A stretch of 63,238 nt of DNA, filler included, from Octopus bimaculoides (GCF_001194135.2; 5 parts of 3 records of this genome joined end to end with filler, not necessarily neighbours in it), one strand, 5' to 3'. Positions 29,101-42,239 are shown, counted from the first letter of the whole stretch. Program-made: numbers and translations. The notes: generated from the letters alone by a model not told the origin.

Positions 29101-29440
29101 TGTGTGTGTGTGTGTGTGTGTTTGAAGAGAACGAGGGAGGATTATTTTTAAAAACGAACTTTTAGTGTTGATATTTCTTTCTCTTTAATGAAATCCTTGC
29201 GAATAAAAGTTTTCAACGGTCCCGAACGATGGAAGCCTAACGCTATTAGGATCCAGTATTCATTTTGAAACTAAGTACATGGTTACTCGTTTTAGTTTCG
29301 TAGTTTATTTGCACGGCTCTTGTGCTTATTTCATCGACCGAAGAAGAACTAATGCACCAACTGTGACACTGTGGGATTCCATATCAGAAAGCAAACGAAA
29401 GGAAGTGTAATTAAATATTGCAAGGAATGTAGACACTCCA

Positions 29441-29920
29441 CTGATTCTACCAAACTAACTTCCATTCCTTTGCTCCATATTCCATAAAATATGATAAGAA
29501 TACAAATAATCATGTGCATATCAGCGTTGAGTCTTAGCGAAATATATTAGAGCTGTTGAAATATTATCCATTTATTGCTTGGCACATCATAATTTCAATA
29601 GAAAAATAGATGAAAATTATTTGGGAAAGAAGAAATTTTCGTGCTAGTAGATTGCTTTTGTTTTATTCTTATAATTTATCCTCTGATTCTACCAAACTCC
29701 CTTCACTTCTTTTGCTCTGTAATCCTTAAAATATAATAGGAATACAAATAATTCTGCTCATATCAGTGATAGCTTTTAGTGAAATATATTAGAGCTGTTG
29801 AAATGCTATTCTTTCATTGCATAGCACATCATAATTTCAATAGAAAAATGGGTGAAAATTATTTGGGAAAGAAATTTTCGTGCGAATAGATTGCTTTTGT
29901 TTCATTCTAATAATTTATCA
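29441..29920. repeat. Diverged two-unit tandem repeat, unit ~242 bp
   Basis: ctgattctaccaaact...gaaatatattagagctgttgaaat...gattgcttttgttt..taatttatc occurs at 29441 and 29683. Confidence 0.9.
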
Positions 29921-30216
29921 ACGAACGTATAAGACAATTAGAGAAGGCATTTGCGACAGCTCTTCAGCAAATGACTTATTATAAATAACCCAATTTGGCA
30001 TCAATGGATGTATAAGTTACGACAGGTTTATCATTCAGCAGAAGTAAAGAAAACATAAACAAAATTAAAACCGAGCAAGAGAAACAGGATATCTTTACAT
30101 ATATTTATGTACGATTGTATGTAAATTTATACACAAATGCATACATACAAACAAATAAATACACACACATATGTGAGAGCCCAAGTTTGTGTGTACTTGT
30201 GTATATACATGCATAT

Positions 30217-30261
<45 letters not shown>

Positions 30262-30628
30262 CATATGTACGCATGTATGTATCTATCTATCTGTCTATCT
30301 ACCTATCTATCTATCTCAGCATCGGGCCGACCAAAGCCTTGTGAGTGGATTTGGTAGACGGAAACTGAAAAAGCCCGTCGTATATATGTATATGTATATG
30401 TATATATATATATGTGTGTGTTTGTGTGTCTGTGTTTGTTCCCCCACCATCGTCTGACAACCGATGCTGGTGTGTTTACGAACCCGTAACTTAGTGGTTC
30501 GGCAAAAGACACCGATAGAATAAGTACTAGGCATACTAAGAATAAATCCTTGGGTCGATTTGCTCGACTAAAGGTGGTACTCTAGCATGGCCGCAGTCAA
30601 ATGACTGAAACAAGTAAAAGAGTAAAGA

Positions 30629-30755
<127 letters not shown>

Positions 30756-31569
30756 TATATATGCATGCATATGTGTATTTCTATTCATATGTACATATCT
30801 ATTTACATACCGATGACACTATCTATCTGCCTATTTATGATTCTATTTCTCTTTGTATGTATGCATGTATATGTGTGTGTGTATGTGTGTGTGTGTTTTC
30901 ACATATATACACACATGTACACACATGTAGATACACAATTACTTACGCATGCGTGTATATATAAATAAAATAAACAAAGACAAAGACGATATGTAAGTAA
31001 AGCTAAAACGAAGAGCCAATCGGAAATGATATATCCTATATCCCTCACACATTTGTGTTTTGGATCATCAGATATTCATAAATCTATATAGATACTTTGT
31101 GCTATCGATAGCGCCACTGTACAGAAACCGTATAAGTATATACGTTACTATTAATATATCCTGTGCAGTAGAAGCCGATCCCGTAGGAAAAATTTAGTTT
31201 CTAAATATCAATAGCATACTTTTACTCGGTGTGCCTTCTGAAAGTCATTTGAGTGCTCAAAAAGCTGCAATCAAAATTTGTATATATATATATATATACG
31301 GAGAAGAAGAGAGGGAGGGAGGGAGGGAGGGAGATGAACACACGAATATCACGGGAATATTTTCTTTGATCATTTATATTCACTGAAATGAAGATAAATA
31401 GCAAGAACAATAACACCAATAGCAACAGCGGCGACGACAGTAAGAACAGCAAAAACAACATGAACATGACAGCAACCCAACACAACAGATGAGCGAACAC
31501 TATGTTAAGACGTCGATGGTATTTTTATATGTTACCTGAAAACTTCTGATTTATTTCATAAAAAGGATG

Positions 31570-31669
31570 NNNNNNNNNNNNNNNNNNNNNNNNNNNNNNN
31601 NNNNNNNNNNNNNTTAATTAATTAANNNNNNNNNNNNNNNNNNNNNNNNNNNNNNNNNNNNNNNNNNNN
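31570..31669. other. Artificial scaffold linker just downstream of the last visible exon
   Basis: Same 44N-12-44N structure. Confidence 0.9.
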
Positions 31670-31703
<34 letters not shown>

Positions 31704-32427
31704 ATAAAGGCGAGTGACTTAGTGCTTAGGGTATTTAGCTCACGTTTCTAAAGTCAAGATCGGTAATGCGTTATGTCCTCGAGAAAGAAAATGTATTCAC
31801 GGGGTGGAACCACTAAGCAGTGACGTATATAAGTGTAATGTTATTACCTGTTTGAATATTCCAGTGGCACGTTCGAACTCGTAAACAAGCCATTAACTGT
31901 GTCTTTGTCACGGAGAAAATTCCTCGCTGTAGACCGTTTGTATACAGCGTCACCTATCCATATTGTGAGATGCAAGTATTTCGGAGTGGTTACAGAAACC
32001 GGACAGTGGCGCTGCGAGCTGATACGAGAGACAATCTCTATGTTATTCCAGTCGACGTACATCGGCTGGTAGCGCTAATCGCTGGTTCACTGTAAACGAA
32101 TTACGAGGTGGGAGCGCTAAGCAATAATGTGTATAAATGCAATGTTATTATTTGGATATATAAGTATATATATATATTCTTTCTTTGTGCCCTTTTTAAA
32201 GCCTAGCCAGGTTCATGGGGTCGGCTTCCCGGTTTCAATGGCGTATGTGTTCCCCAATTGGACGGGACACCAGTCCACCGCAGCGTACTCATTTTTTCCA
32301 GATGAGTGGACTGGAGTAACGTGAAATGAAGTGTTTTACTCAAGAACACAACGCGTCGCCCGGTCCAGGAATTGAAACCACAATCTTACGATCATGATGC
32401 TGACACCCTAACCACTAAGCCACGCGC

Positions 32428-32483
<56 letters not shown>

Positions 32484-32641
32484 GATGTAAAGATACTGAA
32501 TAATAATAACGTGAAATAAAGTGTCTTGCTCAAGGACACAATGATCGTGAGCCGAATGCCCTAACCACTAAGCCACGCACCCTCACTTATGCATAATGTA
32601 TCAGTATGTTAGGAACAAATATATTTCCTAACAATAATTAC

Positions 32642-32776
32642 CTGGTCTGTAGTTTTCCTTTATCTCCAAATAATCAGAAAACACTGGAGTGTCCCAGTTT
32701 AACAGTATACTACTCTCAGAACCGTAGTTATGTACTGTGGAAGGACAACTCTTCAGGGATACTGGTGTTTTTTGAC
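32642..32776 (-). CDS. Exon 14: first half of a HYR domain, GQKTPVSLKSCPSTVHNYGSESSILLNWDTPVFSDYLEIKENYRP
   Basis: Acceptor tatttatttcag, donor GTAATT; 135 nt, phase 1 to 1; HYR pattern CP...W-x-x-P-x-F-S-D. Not in the ORF track. Confidence 0.88.
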
Positions 32777-33630
32777 CTGAAATAAATATGTTTTGACATA
32801 TAGAAAATAAAAAATGTTATTGAAATGTAATTATCATGTAATTATCATTTAGTATGAAAAGTGAAATATAATGAACATATAATAGTAATGAAGCTAACAA
32901 GAAATGTCTAATCATATTGTTATGTGTTATTAAGTCATTGAGCTGGTAGAATCGTTAGCACACCGGATGAAATGTTTAGCGGCATTTCGTCCGTCTTCAC
33001 GTTCTGAGTTCAAATTCCACCGAGAACCACTTTGCCTTTCATCCTTTCGAGTTCGATAAAATAAAGTACCAGTTGAGTACTGGGGTCGAGGCAATCGACT
33101 TATCTCCTCCTCCAAAATTTCAGGCCTTGTGCCTATAGTAGAAAGGATATTGTTATGGGTCATGTTTATTAGCATACAAACAGTAATATAGGACTTACGA
33201 GATCACACGGCTGGAAGTTATCCATATTCTCATGGTTTAAGCTCAAAATGCAAATATACCCCACTAAATAGGATGGTGGTACTTTGCAGTGTTAGCCCTT
33301 TCAGGTGCCACTAGTTCATGAGTGTAATGGAACAAAGTGAAACGAAATGGCTTGTTCAAGTACACAAAACGTCACTCCAACCGAAAATGGAACCCACGAC
33401 CTGGCTACCGTGAGTTTCACATACCATCACAAAGCCCATGGAGTATCACTGGACTAAGATATGGTATTAAAATAGAGTGACGTGTGGTGATCGAAGTAAA
33501 GAGTATACTACCGTTTTCATTATTATTTATTGATATGTTACGTACATATATTTCCCCATACATGCATGCCTACATACATACATACATACATACATGCATA
33601 CATACACACATACACACGCGCACACACACA

Positions 33631-34017
33631 TTGTTGTTGTTGGTACTCCGTCGCTTACAACGTCGAGGGTTCCAGTTGATCCGATCAACGGAACAACCTG
33701 CTCGTGAAATTAACGTGCAAGTGGCTGAACACTCCACAGACACGTGTACCCTTAACGTAGTTCTCGGGAATATTCAGCGTGACACAGTGTGACAAGGCTG
33801 ACCCTTTGAATTACAGGCACAACAGAAACAAGAAGTAAGAGTGAGAGAAAGTTGTGGTGAAAGAGTACAGCAGGGTTCGCCACCATCCCCTGCCAGAGCC
33901 TTGTGGAGCTTTAAGTGTTTTCGCTCAATAAACACTCACAACACCCGGTCTGGGAATCGAAACCCCGATCCTATGACCGCGAGTCCGCTGCCCTAACCAC
34001 TGGGCCATTGCGCCTCC
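33631..34017 (-). mobile_element. tRNA-derived SINE family A, full-length copy
   Basis: Pol III A box (tggcccagtggttagg) and B box (ggtttcgattccc), (AAC)n tail; nearly identical to the 42602 and 47057 copies. Confidence 0.88.
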
Positions 34018-34204
34018 ACTACACACACACACATATACATACATACATACATACATACATACATACATACATACATAATTTTCCGCATAGTTTCCATCTT
34101 CCAATTTGCCCACAACATCATTTACTGTAACCCAAGTTATAGTAGAAGACGCTTCTTAACTACACGACCACACGTGCACCAATTGAACAAAGGGAGTTTC
34201 TTAC

Positions 34205-34446
34205 CTGAACTTAATGGAACTATTGATGGAACTCTCTTTCTGACACCTTGAACAACCCCTTCGTTTCCCCAGCCAGACACTTGGCTGCTTAGAATTTCTT
34301 TAGGGTTAAATGCCAGCTTTGCAAGATCTGAACTCTCGAGTGATTTATTGTAAAAAAAAAGTTGACTAAGATACCCATGGAATCCTTTATTGATTACAGC
34401 TGTGTCGGTAATAGTATCAAAATAACATCCAAGTATAACGAGTAAT
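34205..34446 (-). CDS. Exon 13: LamG/pentraxin-like domain part 3, TLLVILGCYFDTITDTAVINKGFHGYLSQLFFYNKSLESSDLAKLAFNPKEILSSQVSGWGNEGVVQGVRKRVPSIVPLSS
   Basis: Acceptor tgtttcttgacag, donor GTAAGA; 242 nt, phase 2 to 1; 'LG...F-x-G-x-(L/I)S-x-x-x-x-(Y/W)N' pentraxin C-terminal pattern. Confidence 0.9.
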
Positions 34447-35758
34447 CTGTCAAGAAACAATGATTTAGCCTCAGTAATGTAGGAAATAGGGAGAAGAAAA
34501 AACAAGAAAATCAAATCTAATTCTGAAATACCAAGTGGTTTAATGGAGTTACCTTTGATTTGTCTATTCATGTATATTTGAAGGCTCGTGGCTTAATGGA
34601 TAATATATTTGGATCACGATCATATGGTCGTGTGTTCGAAAACTGGCAACACATTGTGTCTTTGAGCAAGACACTTCATTTCACTTTGCTCCAGTCCACT
34701 CAGCTGGCAAAAATATTTCAAAGGGCTAGCTTTGTCACAGTCTGTGTCACGCCGAATCGCTTTGAGAATTAAGTTAAGGGTACAAGTGTCTGTGGAGTGC
34801 TCAGCCACTTAACCACTTGCACGTTAATTTTACAAGCAGGCTGTTCCATTGATCGGATCGACTGGAACCCTCATCGTCGTAACCGATGGAGTGTCGTTAC
34901 GTATAAGTGCGCAATATTTTATATATATATATATATTTATATATATATNNNNNNNNNNNNNNNNNNNNNNTATATATATGTATATATTATTTTCTGATTT
35001 TAGACTTACTCCGGTGTTACAATAGCTGAATAGATCGGGATAATGTGGAATGAAGTGATTTGCTTAAGAACACAACACATCACTGGCATGGGAATCGAAA
35101 TCACGATCTTGCCCTAACCACTGCGCCACGAGCCTTGATCACGCACATACACTCACAAGCACGTACACACAGACATATTTAGGAAGAGAGAGAGAATGAA
35201 AGAATCATATCAGCTAATTGCCTTTGATGTACACATCAGGTGAAATGGGAGACAGAGAGGAGGTACATTACCATTGAGACGAAAATATCCTTAGAAGTAA
35301 AGAAGATCATTCAGCGTTGATGTTGAGTGATTGCGTGTGTGTTTGCGTGTCTGAGTGTATATGTGCTTGCAATGGAAAGAGGGAGTGTGTGCGTGAGAGA
35401 CAATGAGAGAGAAAGAGAGAGGGAGAGGGAGAAAGATCTTTCACTAGATATGTTTTCACGCTAGGAAGGGGAAATCCTGGTGGGGAAAAATCAGAACAAA
35501 AAACAAAGAAAAATGTTGGTAATTCTTCCGAATAACTTGCAGAAGAATGAGATTAGAGATATATGAAATAACTTACGTGGTCTCAATTTTCAAGAAAACT
35601 GCTTGCTGTGGAATTGAACAAATTAAGAGGTAATCCAGTGTCGCAACCACTTGATTACTCTCCAGCTTTGTATACCAGTAGCTTTGGATTGAATACTCCT
35701 CACAATGAGCAAAGTGCTAACTAACAGAGAGAAATCATTTATTCATAGGGTAACTTAC

Positions 35759-35995
35759 GTTTGGTTAAATGGACTTCGAATTGGTTGATTAGAAGATGCC
35801 ACCTGAAAGTTATCAACTCTCAGATCCACTTCGTTGTTTGCTGAGGATATAACCAAAGTGACCAGGTGCCATTTAGCATCATTGATTCTAGAAAACTCTA
35901 TGGTCGTCATGCTCCCATTTTCGGCGATGTAGGACATTCCTGCATTGCTTAAGCGAAACAGTATTTCCTTTTTTTCTGTACCATCTTTTTCTGAC
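35759..35995 (-). CDS. Exon 12: LamG/pentraxin-like domain part 2, KSEKDGTEKKEILFRLSNAGMSYIAENGSMTTIEFSRINDAKWHLVTLVISSANNEVDLRVDNFQVASSNQPIRSPFNQ
   Basis: Acceptor ttttattatag, donor GTAAGT; 237 nt, phase 2 to 2; INDAKWH corresponds to the LamG 'NDG-WH' motif. Confidence 0.92.
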
Positions 35996-36133
35996 CTATA
36001 ATAAAAAAATATTATTATTATTATTGTTGTTGTTATTGTCATAGTTATTATTATTATCATTATTCTTTCAATTTTGTTTCCATTTCGTGCCGAGTGTCTT
36101 CCCGACTATTAGGGCAAAGAAACTCGCCGTATA

Positions 36134-36171
36134 CATTGGTAGGTCATTAAAATAAACTCACCAGATTGTAA

Positions 36172-36264
<93 letters not shown>

Positions 36265-36864
36265 CGAGTGAGAGTGTAGCGCATGCCATTAAAGCGATAG
36301 TGGGGTAAAATATACGAAGTCCAGTATACCTATCATGACCACTTGCTATGCTCTGCTTAAATTCCTACAGACAAACTGATAAAGTAGTAGAACCGTTTTG
36401 CTACTAGCAGTCTGAAAACTTTTGTAATTTCATGCACAGACAGAACGGTCAAAACTATTGATATTGTTGGAAAAGACCAATAACAAAGTCTGTCTATTGA
36501 TTGATCCATTGTGTTCATAATATTGCGGCTAAAGAATTTGAGAAGCTTAAAAAACATAAAAATTTGCTCATTGAAATTGAAAAAATGTGGCATCTCAAGC
36601 CGGTTACAATACGAGTGATTGCAGGAACACCAGAAATGATAAAAAAAAATGTGACTGAAGATTATTTGATAATTACCCTTGACTTACCATTCCTGCAAGA
36701 AGTGCAAAAACTTGTTTTAACTGGTACATCAAACCTATTGAGAATAACATTGTCACTGTAAGAACGATGATCTTCCATGTAAATAACGTTGTTTTTTTTT
36801 TCATAACTTCATTTGATTTCGTAAATGAACAATCTGGTGTGTTTTATTTAATGACCTATCAATG
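36134..36864. mobile_element. Non-autonomous TIR element (TA-flanked, Tc1/mariner-type) with nested insertions
   Basis: CATTGGTAGGTCATTAAAATAAACTCACCAGATTG at 36134 and its near reverse complement ending at 36864, both flanked by TA. Confidence 0.75.
36420..36762 (+). mobile_element. R4/Dong-like REL C-terminal fragment nested in the TIR element
   Basis: EFEKLKKHKNLLIEIEKMWHLKPVTIRVIAG...VQKLVLTGTSNLLRITLSL*; same family as the 3.1 kb and 5.1 kb fragments. Confidence 0.8.
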
Positions 36865-37035
36865 TATACAGTAAGTTTTTTTTCCGAAAGTGGCCTCTCA
36901 ATGTATACAATAAGTTTTTGTCCAAAGACTCCCAACAACAAATGAAAACAAAATTGAAAGAACGAGAAAAGCACATGACAGCAGCAACAACAACAATACG
37001 AATACTTCTACTTGAAATAGTATACAGAGACTTAC

Positions 37036-37201
37036 TTCAACATAAAGACGTTCATAATTGTTCCAGTGTCTCCAGCACGGTCGAAGTTTATCCAGAGACT
37101 CATGGAGAAGCCCGTGCCCTCAGGCAGTAATGGTTTATTCAGGACTGCAATTCCACGTTTATCCGGAAGATAAAACCACAAATCATAATCTAAAGGAATG
37201 A
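37036..37201 (-). CDS. Exon 11: LamG/pentraxin-like domain part 1, VIPLDYDLWFYLPDKRGIAVLNKPLLPEGTGFSMSLWINFDRAGDTGTIMNVFML
   Basis: Acceptor tatttctacag, donor GTAAGT; 166 nt, phase 1 to 2; F-S-x-S-L-W pentraxin/LamG strand motif. Confidence 0.92.
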
Positions 37202-37208
37202 CTGTAGA

Positions 37209-37257
<49 letters not shown>

Positions 37258-37984
37258 GATACATACATATGCATGCGCGCGCACACACATAAACACATAT
37301 ATACACATGCAAACATAAATCTATATTGTTAACGTCATAAGAATTCAAAACTTTGAGAGGACATGAAATGATTTGATTTTAACGGTTGAACTCGAAGTAG
37401 AAAAGTTATAGAAAATAGCGTGTTAATACTAAGGCTAAGAAACACTTTGGATAGAAACATTCGAAGAGTGCTCGTCAAACTCGAAACCAAATTTTCTGTA
37501 GACATAACAGATGTTTTACCACTAGACCAGACAATATATTTCCTCTTCTACTTGTATCTGAATCACTCGAAACAGTTGCCCCCTTAACGGTAAATACCTT
37601 TCGAAAATCCAAATCTATTGTGCCACAAGGGAATGTACGATAAGAAATGGGAATCCATTGTAGTTTCATCAATGATGTAACGCAAATCCCGGACGTCATC
37701 TTCAGTGCTTTATAAAAACAACTGCCGATTTCTCTCTAATCAAACATTTCAGTCTTGGATAAAAGGAAGGATACTTTGATCATTATACTAAGAGATATAC
37801 AAAATATGGGATGATCACTCCTGGAACGTTTGCTAATCAGGAATAATTTTGGCTGTTAAACAGCAAAAAGAAAAACAAACAAACAAACAATTTACACTAC
37901 TGACACTGAAAAATAAACATCAGAATATTGAAGTAAATATTAACAATTTTTCCTCCATTATGATTTTCTCTTTCTTTTTCTTAC

Positions 37985-38089
37985 CTCTGTTATTGGATGT
38001 TGAACACTTCTTAATTGCCTTACTGGTTTGACAGTATACATTTTGCTTGCAACTTTTGTCATTTGTCTCACAGTTTTTACCAGAAAACC
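37985..38089 (-). CDS. Exon 10: end of an EGF plus an apparently truncated EGF, GFSGKNCETNDKSCKQNVYCQTSKAIKKCSTSNNR
   Basis: Acceptor ggttttcatgcag, donor GTAAGA; 105 nt, phase 1 to 1; completes the preceding EGF (CKCPT-GFSGKNC). Confidence 0.85.
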
Positions 38090-38822
38090 CTGCATGAAAA
38101 CCAAACGTTGAGATAGTTGGATTAATGAATTATTTTTAGTACCCTAAAGACAGTTATTCATAAAAAAACTCCATAAGCAAGAATGATACATTTATAAAGG
38201 ACTTGCAGTACATCTTATATTTTAAAATATGTATAATCTCATTTTAACGTTTTGATACAGCCATGCTTGAGACATACACAGACTCTATGATAACACTACC
38301 TCCAATTAAAAAATGTTTGAATTAAAATTAAAATATTTTATTATAATTCTAAAAACCTTAGTTAAAGCAAGTTCTGAACTCTATTTTAATAATGAACAAA
38401 GGAATTATTATATGAAGATATTTCTTCAAATTCTTTATTATTTTAAAAATATATTGAAACACATTTTGAAACAGAAATATAATCGCAAAATGTATGACTT
38501 ATTCCTTTCTACGCAAAAATAAATAAATAAAAAAAAAGGAATAGAAGGATGATTAACTCCGTTGATTGATTTCACTGGCATTAATATCTATTTTGTATGA
38601 ATAATATATTGGATATATTTCCTGTAGTGTGTTTCAAATCTGAAAGCAGGATTTGAGTTCATTTCTTTAAGCTCACAAAATAAAGCCAGGTTGCGTCGGT
38701 TTCCGTCTACATATACGAGTTTGTTGTTATCTTCTCAGTATTCAACTATATGTTATAGCACATTAAAAAAGATCAGGTGCCTTTCTCAGGTCCCTTGCTC
38801 AATGGCTGTGATAGCTTACAAA

Positions 38823-38873
<51 letters not shown>

Positions 38874-39344
38874 AGCTTGCTTGCTTGCTTGCTTGCACGC
38901 GCACAATGTTAAATGGTGGCAACCGAGATGCATTTCATCACACCTCACCACGAATCTCTGTTCTCCTTTAGTTCCCAGTTTCATGTCATGTATCTGAACT
39001 AATAACTTCAAGATAGTTCTTCGTAGTCCTTCCTACCAAGACGCCTATATCTCACTCAGCTCAAGCTAATTTAGTTTCCTCTCTGGTGCCTATCAAATGC
39101 AAGTTCCACAGTTATTGTAAATCAGTATTACCTCTGCCTGGAATCCTCTTATAAAACGTCTGTCTTTTGCAAATCGCCTCATAGTGGACAAAACAAGGTT
39201 TCTTTATCTTTGTGGTTTAAAATAATGGTCGTTGCTATAATCTGCGTTTCTATAACGGTCACCTTCATCCAAAGCATACGAATTTAGGTCAGATGGTAAA
39301 TATATACGTAACTTTATTATTATATTACATATCAATGTCATGAA

Positions 39345-39642
39345 GGCACATGGCTTTGTGGTGAGGGCATTTAGCACAAGATCGTAAGGTCATGAGTTCG
39401 ATTCCCGGCAGCGCGTGTTGAGTAAGACACTATATTTCACGTTGCTCCAGTCCACTCAGCTGCCAAAAATGAGTAGTACCTGTATTTCAAAGGGTTAGCT
39501 TTGTCACACTCTGTGACACGCCGAATCTCACTGAGAACTACGTCATGGGTACACGTGTCTTTGGAGTGCTCAGCCACTTGCACGTTAATTTAAGGAACAG
39601 GCTGTTATGTTGGAACCCTCGTCGTCCTAACCGACGGAGTGC
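39345..39642 (+). mobile_element. tRNA-derived SINE related to family A
   Basis: Colinear with the 8871-9183 copy. Confidence 0.8.
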
Positions 39643-40070
39643 AGGTTATATTATGAATACCTCACACAGTCACAAGAGCATGCATATGACAAATTGCTCT
39701 TGATGGTAGACTAGACCGAAGCAGAGAAAATTTTCGGTTTATGAGATATCCCTAAGCATTTGACTGATAATTCTGTCGAACCATACGAGCATGTTCATGT
39801 TGAGCTGCCTGTAACACTTATTTGGCACCGAACTTATGGTTAATTCTACTATACCGTATATTTAAATAGTTGGTAATATGAAGCAAAGTATTCTTTGGAA
39901 ATAGACTAAAATAAAAACAGCAAGTACAAAATCGTAGCTATAGCAACAAATGATATGCAAATATTCAATTACACTAGTAATAAATCATTTCTGCACATAT
40001 TAATAAGAGAAAATATAAACAAAAACAGTTGAAATTCTAAATTCAAACCACAAACTGGTTGCAATATTAC

Positions 40071-40184
40071 CTGTAGGACATTTACAGTCATAGCTATTTC
40101 CTTTAATAGTGCACTTTCCACCATTTTTGCAAACTGAATTTTTACAATAATCGACTGAAAGTTCACAGCCTACTCCAGCAAAAC
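40071..40184 (-). CDS. Exon 9 (visible): EGF, GFAGVGCELSVDYCKNSVCKNGGKCTIKGNSYDCKCPT
   Basis: Acceptor aacttttatag, donor GTAATA; 114 nt, phase 1 to 1. Confidence 0.93.
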
Positions 40185-42239
40185 CTATAAAAGTTGATAG
40201 AAATATATTATAACTTTACGATAAGAACAGAAAATTTCGCTTCANNNNNNNNNNNNNNNNNNNNNNNNNNNNNNNNNNNNNNNNNNNNNNNNNNNNNNNN
40301 NNNNNNNNNNNNNNNNNNNNNNNNNNNNNNNNNNNNNNNNNNNNGTTGTTTATACACCTGTCTTCGTCTTTTGTTTTTCTGTAAATTTGAACTACATATA
40401 TACATACGTACATACATACACTCACACGCACACACACATATACACACACACACACACACACGCACACACACTCGCACATAAAATGCGATTGCTTTATCTT
40501 CAGAGATGATTGTCATCTCCTTGTACTCGTTCATTGTTAATGGCATTTCTGACTTTCAAGCCATGACCTCTCAGTCCCATTCCAGATTTGCACGGTTTGA
40601 AGAATGGGTGACAAACGAAAGTTATAACTCACTGCGTATTTATCAAATGGTTGGGTCTGCACACGTCATTACTCTTCTATCGCCATGGGACTTTTAGTTG
40701 ATGGGATGACGAATGAGGTCACCATAAAAACACATACATACATACGTACGTACATGAATATATACATAAATACATGTATGCATACATACATATATGCATA
40801 CATATATACACACACAAACATACATACATACACACACACACATACATATATGCATACATGCATACATATCTACATACATACCTAAGGCCAGCAATTTTAA
40901 GGCGTTTAGTCGACACCGCGAAGCTTAAAGAATCATAGGTATAGTTGACTCCGGTGAGATATGAACTCGGCAAAACAAAAATAATACCAATAATAATAGG
41001 CCCGAAATTTTTGGGGAAGGTGCGAGTAGATTAGATCGACTCCAGTACACAACTGGTACTTAATTTATCGACCCTGAAAGGATGAAAGGCAAAGCCGACC
41101 TCGGTGGAATTTGAACTCAGGCGCGTGAAGTCAGACGAAATACCGCTAAGCATTCTGTCTGGTGTGCTAACGTTTCTGCCAGGTCACCGTCTTAATAATA
41201 ATAATCATAATGATGATGGTAAATGCTCTGATGCAGTACCAGGCAGTAGCCCTCATGGCTTCTGATGTTAACTGGTGGAAGTGTTATAATGTACATTGCT
41301 TTGTCTTGGTATAAAAGATGGACTACAGCAAATATTCTGCTCAATACCACAGATCTGCTTGTCAGTTGCGTGACCGTAACTAGTTGAGCATGCCTCTTAG
41401 TGGCTGACGATATGTGCATTTCTGATCATGAGTAGTAGTGGGGTGCATCATAGCCATATGTTGATAGGAATTCTTTGGTGCTTGAATAAGTCACCTCTGG
41501 AAACATTGATGTTTCGTTCAACATCCTTAAACAACCCTTATTCAGGGACCTTTTGAACGGGATGGGCTACTTGACTTGAAGAAAATTCTAACTGGGTCCC
41601 ACCTGTAAAGTCATGCGCTGTTTATCTTGATATGAGATCATCATGTCGTGCACATATGGTTGTGATGCATGTGCTTGGTGTACCCTTATCAGGCAAGTAT
41701 ACATGATGGGTATACTGGGCTTTGTATATTTTACCCCAGTGTCTCTTTGATGGCCTGCACTGCTCTCTCGCTAAATAATGATAAGTCCTAAAAGTTTTTG
41801 GCGGGAGTGAACTAGTCGACTACATTGACTCCAGTACATGACTAGTACTTATCGATCCCGAAAGAAATTTGAACTCAGAACGTAAAGACGAACAAAATGC
41901 TGCTAAACATTTCGTCCGACATACTTGTCACCTTAATATCAATAATAATAATGATCCTTTCTGCCAAAGGTACAACGCCTGAAATTTTTGCGGAAGGTGG
42001 TGCTGTCGATTTGATTGACTCCACTACTTAACTGGTACTTACTTTATCGACCCCCTAAGGCTGCGAGGTAAAGTCGACTTCGGCGGAATTTGAACTCAGA
42101 ATGTAAAGACGGACGAAATGCCGCCGAGTATTTTGTCGGATGCTCTACAATTGTGTCCGCTAACCGCCATAAACAACAAAAAACATAAAAAACAATAACA
42201 AGAACAATAATAATAAAAATAATAATAATTATATAGTAC

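Noticed and set aside
33197-33265. Possible exon VGYICILSLNHENMDNFQPCDL between LamG and HYR
   Set aside because: Ends in phase 0, which would put a stop in the HYR exon; it also abuts SINE sequence.
33960-34017. tRNA-like A/B-box sequences (also at about 8.9, 19.6, 39.4, 42.6 and 47.1 kb)
   Set aside because: They continue into shared SINE bodies and tails and lack a complete acceptor stem, so they are SINE heads rather than tRNA genes.
37475-37715. 74-aa minus ORF as the missing half-EGF exon
   Set aside because: No EGF pattern, and the available donors give phase 0 where phase 1 is needed.
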